DNA from: Candidatus Methylomirabilis limnetica | GTDB lineage: Bacteria; Methylomirabilota; Methylomirabilia; Methylomirabilales; Methylomirabilaceae | Direction of reading: 5' to 3' | Assembly: GCF_003044035.1 (NCBI RefSeq) | Contig: NZ_NVQC01000013.1 | Span: 120,001 to 152,000, forward strand | DNA: 32,000 nt | Shown: positions 26,271-32,000 of the stretch, piece by piece | Layout: each line of letters opens with the position of its first letter | How positions within the stretch are numbered: the stretch's first letter is position 1 | Notes under the pieces: model-generated | Told to the model about the DNA's origin: nothing | What the model saw: only the letters and a program-made list of their open reading frames with translations | The model's database searches: none | Position numbers and translations under genes: made by a program

Positions 26271-27458
26271 CTACACCCGCTCAAGCGCCAAAAGCGTGAT
26301 ATCGTCTTCGAACTCATTGCTGCCCCTCCAGCGCTCTAGTGTTTGCTCTATACCCGCCATCACCTCCCGTAACGGACGGTCTCGCCATTCTTCCAAGAGG
26401 GTCATGAGGCGGTTGACGGAAAAATGCTCTCCATGCTTACTGGTACATTCTGTAATACCGTCGGAGTACAGGAAGAGGCGGTCGCCCGGTTGGAGGGTGA
26501 GGTCGAGTTCCCCATACTTGGCATCAAGCAACATTCCCACAGGAAACCCCCCTGTTCCCAGCAGCTCAGCTTTGGCCCCCCTGGGTTGATAGATTGGGGA
26601 TGGATGACCGGCCTGAGTGAGCAGCATTCTGGCACTCCGAGTCTCGACGATGCCATAGACCATAGTGAAATAGTGCATCGCATCATCCTCGGACTGAAAC
26701 AGTTGGTTGAGGGATTGGACAGCCTCTGCAGGCGTCGCGATGTCGTAGTGGGGTGGGTCTGAGACGAAACGCATCAATGGACTGCCCTGACTGGATATGG
26801 GGGAGAGGACCTTACTCAACGTGACCGACAGCATCGCCGCAGGAATCCCGTGACCGGCAACGTCAAGGATGTAAAAGCCCACCTGATGTTCATTGAGCTG
26901 AAAGAAATTAAAGATATCCCCCGCGACGAAATGACAGGGAGTGAATATCCAATCAAACTTGAACCCAGGGATGGTCAGCGCACTGCTTGGCAGGAGACCT
27001 CGCTGCATCTTCACCGCGGCATCAAGGTCCTCACGAATCCTGGAATAGGCCTCCTGTAGCTTTTTATTCTGCTCTTCCAGATTACTTTCCAGTGTGACGA
27101 TCCGTTCCCCAGCTCTGATACGGACCTTGAGTTCACCGGCATTGAAGGGTTTGATCAAAAAATCGTCGGCCCCGGCCTCCATCCCCGTGATGAGTTCATC
27201 CTTCGCATTCTTGGCCGTCAGGAGGATGACGTAGATGTATCGTGCGAATTTCGCCTCTCTGATCCGGCGGCAGAGCCCCAAACCGTCGAGATTCGGCATG
27301 GTCCAGTCAGTGATCACAAAACTAATCGGTTCGTTCTGGAGACGCTCCCACGCTTCCACTCCATCGGCCGCAGGGACGGCGTCGTATCCCCATCGTTGGA
27401 GGGTTCGCAGAAGCAGCTTCCGCATATCCACATCATCGTCAACGATCAGAATTCGCAT
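26271..27458 (-). CDS. response regulator with PP2C/SpoIIE-type serine phosphatase output (RsbU-like)
   Basis: 395 aa. REC domain (ILIVDDD...ITDWTMPNLDG) followed by PP2C blocks (GDIFNFF, LDVAGHGIPAA, LYSDGITE). Its stop lies 16 nt before the kinase start. Confidence 0.9.
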   Translation of the reverse strand: MRILIVDDDVDMRKLLLRTLQRWGYDAVPAADGVEAWERLQNEPISFVITDWTMPNLDGLGLCRRIREAKFARYIYVILLTAKNAKDELITGMEAGADDFLIKPFNAGELKVRIRAGERIVTLESNLEEQNKKLQEAYSRIREDLDAAVKMQRGLLPSSALTIPGFKFDWIFTPCHFVAGDIFNFFQLNEHQVGFYILDVAGHGIPAAMLSVTLSKVLSPISSQGSPLMRFVSDPPHYDIATPAEAVQSLNQLFQSEDDAMHYFTMVYGIVETRSARMLLTQAGHPSPIYQPRGAKAELLGTGGFPVGMLLDAKYGELDLTLQPGDRLFLYSDGITECTSKHGEHFSVNRLMTLLEEWRDRPLREVMAGIEQTLERWRGSNEFEDDITLLALERV

Positions 27459-27536
27459 CGTAAGCTCCCGCTACATGCTTTGTCGGCGCACCCATGGTCC
27501 TGGAAGCCAGCGCCTTGCCTCCCTCAGCCTTCCCAT

Positions 27537-27593
27537 TGTAGGGGCAGGCCTTGTGCCTGCCCAGATCGGGCGACCACGAGGGCCGCCCCTACA
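27537..27593. repeat. GC-rich palindromic element upstream of the REC-PP2C gene
   Basis: Outer arms TGTAGGGGC (27537-27545) / GCCCCTACA (27585-27593). Inner hairpin GGCAGG..CCTGCC (about 27543-27561). Confidence 0.65.
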
Positions 27594-27805
27594 TCGGGAC
27601 GGGTGATGGAGAACTTTCAAAGTAATAACAATAATAGTGTAGGACGAGGAGGGCCGGGATGCAACTGCATGATGCAGCCGCGATAGACAATAGATCAGTT
27701 CTGTCCGAGGCTGAAGGTAGATAGACTGAAGATGTTAAGGATTCTTCAGCCTTCGGTCTTCAGTCTGAATACCTGCTTTTGGCGCTGATTGCTGACCGCT
27801 ACTTT

Positions 27806-29017
27806 CTAGCGAACGATGGAGAAATCAAAATGGTCGAGCGTAGTTTGAACGTGGTTGAGGAAGGCGCTGGCGTAGGCGCCGTCGATGAGGCGGTGATCGT
27901 AGGAGAGGCAGAGGTAGGCCATCGAACGGATGGTGATGGCATCGTTGATCACGACCGGCCGCTTCACCACCTTGCCGAAGCCTAAGATTCCCGCCTGCGG
28001 CTGAACAATGATCGGCGTCCCGATCAGGGTCCCTAACGCGCCGAAGTTATTCACTGTGAAGGTCCCTTGGTGGACCTCCTCAAGACTGATCCGCTTGTCG
28101 CGTGCCCTCGCGGCCAGGTCGGCTAGCTGTTTCGCCAGGGTCAGGAAGCTCTTTTTGTCAGCCTCCCGCAGCACCGGGACGATGAGACCCTCCTCCAGAG
28201 CCACGGCAATCCCGATATTGACCGCTTGTTTGACGATGATCCCCTCACGGGTGTAGGAAGCGTTCATAAGCGGATAGGCGCGCAGGCCATCCGCAGCGGC
28301 CTTCACCACGAAAGGCAGAAAGGTGAGCGTAATTCCGGTCTGCTTGAGGAAGGTCTCTTGGTGGGCCTGCCGGTATCCATCGATGGCCGTCATGTCGACC
28401 TCGTAGATCTGCGTCACGTGAGCAGCGGTTCGCTGACTCCGGACCATATGCTCAGCGATTGCCTTTCGCATAGGGCTGATCGGGAGGATCTGGTCCTCGG
28501 TAGCGGGGGCAGGAGGTTGGGGGCCCACTCCGGGCGGCTGTACAGTTACCTGTGGTCGCTGCGCGATGAAGTCTAGCAGATCCTTCCGCGTGATGCGTCC
28601 ATCCGTACCGGTTCCTCTCACCCGGGTAAGGTCCACGCCGTGCTCCTTTGCCAGATCGAGGACGACGGGCGAGTACCAGTGCGTTGTCTGCGTCGCAGCC
28701 TCTGCTCCGAGCGCAGTGGCCTGAACGCCCTCCCGCCGCTCTACCACCGGCCTGCCTGGCGGGACCGTATCGGCGTGAGAAGCCTCGCTGATATAGGCCA
28801 GCACAGCTCCGACCGACGCCGTGCCCCCATCCTGGACGACGATCTCAGCGAGTACTCCAGCGGCAGTGGAGGGGATCTCGACATCTACCTTGTCTGTGGA
28901 GATGGCCACCAGTGGCTCATCCTTGGCGACCAATTCACCGACCTTCTTCAGCCAGGCGATGACCGTCCCCTCCGCAATACTCTCGCCCATCTGTGGCATT
29001 ATGACTTGAATGTGCAC
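27806..29017 (-). CDS. 2-oxoacid dehydrogenase E2 (dihydrolipoamide acyltransferase)
   Basis: 403 aa, GTG start with a GAGG RBS. Lipoyl domain (ISTDKVDVEIPS), E3/E1-binding domain (SPVVLDLAKEHGVDLTRVRGTGTDGRITRKD), catalytic DHRLIDGA. Confidence 0.9.
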   Translation of the reverse strand: MHIQVIMPQMGESIAEGTVIAWLKKVGELVAKDEPLVAISTDKVDVEIPSTAAGVLAEIVVQDGGTASVGAVLAYISEASHADTVPPGRPVVERREGVQATALGAEAATQTTHWYSPVVLDLAKEHGVDLTRVRGTGTDGRITRKDLLDFIAQRPQVTVQPPGVGPQPPAPATEDQILPISPMRKAIAEHMVRSQRTAAHVTQIYEVDMTAIDGYRQAHQETFLKQTGITLTFLPFVVKAAADGLRAYPLMNASYTREGIIVKQAVNIGIAVALEEGLIVPVLREADKKSFLTLAKQLADLAARARDKRISLEEVHQGTFTVNNFGALGTLIGTPIIVQPQAGILGFGKVVKRPVVINDAITIRSMAYLCLSYDHRLIDGAYASAFLNHVQTTLDHFDFSIVR

Positions 29018-29026
29018 GGTCGGACC

Positions 29027-29998
29027 TCAGAAGCTGGCCAGTTCTCTTGCCTTACTGGCGATGGTTTCGGCATTGGGCAAGTACGCCTCCTCCAGCACGG
29101 GACTATAGGGGATAGGAGTGTGGGGGGGCGCCACGCGGGCGATAGGGGCATCCAGATAGTGAAAGAGCTCCTCGGCGATCCGGGCTGCGATCTCGCCGCC
29201 TATGCCACCGGTCTTTTGGGCCTCATGCACCACCATTACTCGTCCTGTCTTCTTGACTGAGGCGGCGATTGCGGCCATATCGAGGGGCTGGAGCGTGCGG
29301 AGGTCCACTACCTCCAAGTCAATCCCTTCCGACATGAGTAGCTCCGCCGCTGCGAGCGACTGCTGGAGCATGGCGCCGTAGGTGATCACGCTGACGGTAC
29401 TGCCCTGTCTTTTCACCTCTGCCTGGCCGATCGGCACGATGATGTCTCCTTCCGGCACATTCCCCTTGATGTGACGATAGAGGTACTTGTGCTCAAAGTA
29501 GATCACCGGGTTAGGATCGCGAATGGCTGCCTTCAGCAGACCTTTCGCATCGGCAGGGGTGGAGGGGGCCACAAGCTTCAGGCCCGCCACATGAAAGAAC
29601 CACGCCTCTGGACATTGGGAATGGAACGGTCCCGCGTGGATGCCGCCTCCATAGGGGGCCCGAATCACCAGGGGGACCGGTTCACCGGTGCGGTAGTGAT
29701 GTTTGGCCGCCATGTTGACGATCTGGTCAAAGGCGCAGGCAATGAAGTCGGCGAACTGCATCTCGACTACCGGTCGCATCCCCATGAGGGCGGCGCCGAT
29801 CGCGGCTCCGACGAACCCAGACTCAGACAGCGGCGTGTCGATCACCCGCTCCGGCCCGAACTTGTCGAGAAACCCCTTTGTCACCTTGAAGGCGCCGCCA
29901 TAGACGCCGATATCCTCTCCGAGCATGAAGACGCGCTCGTCCCGGTCCATTTCTTCCCACAAGGCTTGTCGAATCGCTTCGAGGTAGGTGATCTCCAT
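29027..29998 (-). CDS. 2-oxoacid dehydrogenase E1 beta subunit
   Basis: I prefer the ATG at 29998 (GAGGAAGAGG upstream) over the TTG at 30010. Transketolase-like pyrimidine-binding and C-terminal domains (MEITYLEAIRQAL...GEDIGVYGGAFKVT). Confidence 0.9.
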   Translation of the reverse strand: MEITYLEAIRQALWEEMDRDERVFMLGEDIGVYGGAFKVTKGFLDKFGPERVIDTPLSESGFVGAAIGAALMGMRPVVEMQFADFIACAFDQIVNMAAKHHYRTGEPVPLVIRAPYGGGIHAGPFHSQCPEAWFFHVAGLKLVAPSTPADAKGLLKAAIRDPNPVIYFEHKYLYRHIKGNVPEGDIIVPIGQAEVKRQGSTVSVITYGAMLQQSLAAAELLMSEGIDLEVVDLRTLQPLDMAAIAASVKKTGRVMVVHEAQKTGGIGGEIAARIAEELFHYLDAPIARVAPPHTPIPYSPVLEEAYLPNAETIASKARELASF

Positions 29999-30030
29999 CC
30001 TCTTCCTCAAACCCGGCTGATAGCTGTTAG

Positions 30031-31002
30031 CTAGGAGGCGTAGACTCCATCGAGAAGTTCCTTCGCATCCGGAAACGGGCTCGATTCCGCGAATAAAACG
30101 GCCTCCTCGATTTCCCCGGCAATGCGGTCGTCGATCGCCTTGACGGATGCGTCGTCAAGGACCTTCTGATCTCGCAGGTACGCGACGAATCGATCGATTG
30201 GGTCTCGCTTTCGCCACTCCTCGATCAGGGCAGGCGGGACATACGAGGCGTCGTCATGCTCGGAATGACCTCGCATCCGCATCGTCTTACCTTCTACGAG
30301 GGAAGGGCCTTCGCCTGATCTCGCGCGAGCGGCCGCTAAAGAGACGGCCGCGCGGACGGCGAGCACATCGTTACCATCCACGCTGACGCCCGGCATCCCA
30401 TAGGCCTTGGCACGATCAGCGACATGCTCGATGGCCATCTGACGGGAGACCGGGGTGGAGTAGGCGTACTGATTGTTATGACAGATGAAGATGACGGGCA
30501 GTTTCAGCACGGCAGCGAGGTTCAGGGCTTCGTGGAAATCGCCGCGACTTGACGCGCCGTCGCCGAAAAAGGCCGCGACCACGCGGCGCTCGCGCCGAAG
30601 CTTGAAGGCTAATCCGACGCCTGCCGCCACCGGCAGCAGGTCGGCCATCGGACTGATGAATCCGATGATGCCCCGTGTGATATCGCCGAAATGGACATTG
30701 CCGTCACGTCCCCTGGTCAGTCCGGTCTGTCTGGCCAGGTACTGGGCCATAAATTCCTTCGGTGTGATTCCCTTTACGAGATTCGCGCCGAGGTCCCTAT
30801 GGGTTGGGGCGATGACGTCGTCGGGCTCGAGTGCGACGGCACTCCCCACCGCGATTGCCTCTTCCCCTGTGCCAAGGTAGACGCCACCCACGATCTTGCC
30901 CTGTCGGTAGAGAGTGATGACCCGCTGCTCCAGCCCGCGGGTGAGCTTAAGGAAGTAACAGATATTGAGCAGCTCGTCTGGTGTGGGTTGCTGAACCCCC
31001 AT
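30031..31002 (-). CDS. 2-oxoacid dehydrogenase E1 alpha subunit (TPP-dependent)
   Basis: TPP-binding motif GDGASSRGDFHEALNLAAVLKLPVIFICHNN. ATG at 31002 with a GAGGGGAGAGG RBS (alternative GTG at 31041). Substrate (branched-chain, pyruvate or acetoin) cannot be assigned from sequence alone. Confidence 0.88.
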   Translation of the reverse strand: MGVQQPTPDELLNICYFLKLTRGLEQRVITLYRQGKIVGGVYLGTGEEAIAVGSAVALEPDDVIAPTHRDLGANLVKGITPKEFMAQYLARQTGLTRGRDGNVHFGDITRGIIGFISPMADLLPVAAGVGLAFKLRRERRVVAAFFGDGASSRGDFHEALNLAAVLKLPVIFICHNNQYAYSTPVSRQMAIEHVADRAKAYGMPGVSVDGNDVLAVRAAVSLAAARARSGEGPSLVEGKTMRMRGHSEHDDASYVPPALIEEWRKRDPIDRFVAYLRDQKVLDDASVKAIDDRIAGEIEEAVLFAESSPFPDAKELLDGVYAS

Positions 31003-31146
31003 GATGCCACCTCTCCCCTCTGTTGTGAAAAGCGGCTTCACTCTAACTGGTAGCAGTATAATCTGTCCAAACCGAGTTTGTAAATCATTTCATCGCGCAT
31101 ACGACGATTTCTCGCCGTCTGCTGAACAGGCTTTCCCCGGCTGTTC

Positions 31147-31260
31147 TCAGCGCCCCATAGCGAACATCATCAGGACGATCAAAGCAACAGTGACAGCGGC
31201 CACAATCAGGAGTAAGCGGGTGGCCCTTCGTGTGTACTTGCGTATCTGTCGTTGTGACAT
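31147..31260 (-). CDS. possible 37-aa single-pass membrane peptide
   Basis: MSQRQIRKYTRRATRLLLIVAAVTVALIVLMMFAMGR: a basic N-terminus followed by a hydrophobic helix. GGAG lies ~6 nt upstream of the ATG. It is too short for the supplied ORF track and has no other support. Confidence 0.3.
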   Translation of the reverse strand: MSQRQIRKYTRRATRLLLIVAAVTVALIVLMMFAMGR

Positions 31261-31369
31261 CTCTCACTCCACCGCAGTAACGATCTCCCCACCGACTTTC
31301 CTCCATGACCGCTTTTACCATAGCATACGGCCCTTGGACTCCGCTACAGTAGATCACTCCTCATCACCC

Positions 31370-31408
31370 AATCCCCCCCTTTCAAAAAGGGGGGCGAGGG
31401 GGGATTTG
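31370..31408. repeat. C/G-run hairpin element
   Basis: AATCCCCCCC-TTTCAAAAA-GGGGGG-CGA-GGGGGG-ATT. Same family as 22515-22550. Confidence 0.6.
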
Positions 31409-31443
31409 GCGGTGACACTGATTGGAAAGTCTCCCCCACCCGC

Positions 31444-31542
31444 GTCACCGCGAGGGAGCGGAGCGACCGAAGCAATCCCATCGTTCTTCACACCCTCAAG
31501 GACATTCAGATTGCCACGCTCCCTTCGGTCGCTCGCAATGAC
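31444..31542. repeat. imperfect inverted-repeat MITE-like element
   Basis: GTCACCGCGAG...GCAATC vs GATTGC...CTCGCAATGAC termini. Internal complementary blocks GAGCGACCGAAG / CTTCGGTCGCTC and GGGAGCG / CGCTCCC. Confidence 0.65.
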
Positions 31543-32000
31543 GAGCCAGTGAGTGGCATAGTCTGGCTTTAAACTTTCATACCCAAGAGCGCCCTATATC
31601 CACATGGCTGCCAACACACTACGACGATCTATACCCATGTAATGAACCGAAGGGACAAGGGAATCCACAGCCCAGTCGATAGGCTCGAATTTAGCTAGGG
31701 CAGTTCGCTGTGGGAAGGTTGAATAGGCTGACCTGGGTGCAGCGTTTGCCGTCATCAGGATTTATAAGAATGTATTGCTAACTACGCGATAAGGCTGTAC
31801 TATTTGCTCTGACCTAAAAACGGTTGGTCTGGATATACTGGTCAGCATACATAATAGTTGGGCAACATGTACCCCAGTGTTGTCTGACTCTTTAATCAAG
31901 GGGAAGGGAGAGCAATATGTTTTGTCTAAAGTGCGGCAAGGAAAACTCTAACGACGTAAAGTTTTTCGTCTTGACCGTGTAGAAAGATCTGTGGTGTACT

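Noticed and set aside
31085-31357. 90-aa ORF on the - strand upstream of the dehydrogenase operon.
   Set aside because: It has no RBS, Cys/Arg/Gly-rich composition and no recognisable motif. The overlapping 37-aa membrane-peptide frame (31147..31260) is more plausible, though itself weak.

Overview
GC-rich bacterial chromosomal segment. The taxon cannot be assigned from this window alone, and all family calls rest on motif recognition without database searches. Most of it is housekeeping. On the + strand: alaS (3' part), psd-pssA, leuA-asd, truA, then a Tat-exported multicopper oxidase, a DsbA-like oxidoreductase and a SnoaL-like protein. On the - strand: an orphan sigma-54 activator; a six-gene block (REC-PP2C phosphatase, 1251-aa hybrid histidine kinase, Hpt, STAS antagonist, RsbW-like kinase, glycogen phosphorylase); and a 2-oxoacid dehydrogenase E1alpha/E1beta/E2 operon. 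The one clearly accessory region is about 11.45-17.5 kb. There, a diverged ~1-kb direct duplication (hepT remnant + ~190-nt repeat + thiD leader + thiD 5' half) brackets a ~4-kb insert. The insert carries a secreted DUF4139-like protein, a decayed XRE-type HTH gene, mazEF, an orphan PD-(D/E)XK-like protein, a third copy of the 190-nt repeat, and hepT-mntA. The left thiD copy is truncated and frameshifted; the right copy is intact but has a palindromic MITE-like element in its leader. Several families of small GC-rich palindromic elements sit in intergenic regions across the window. No rRNA, tRNA, CRISPR array, transposase or integrase was recognised.
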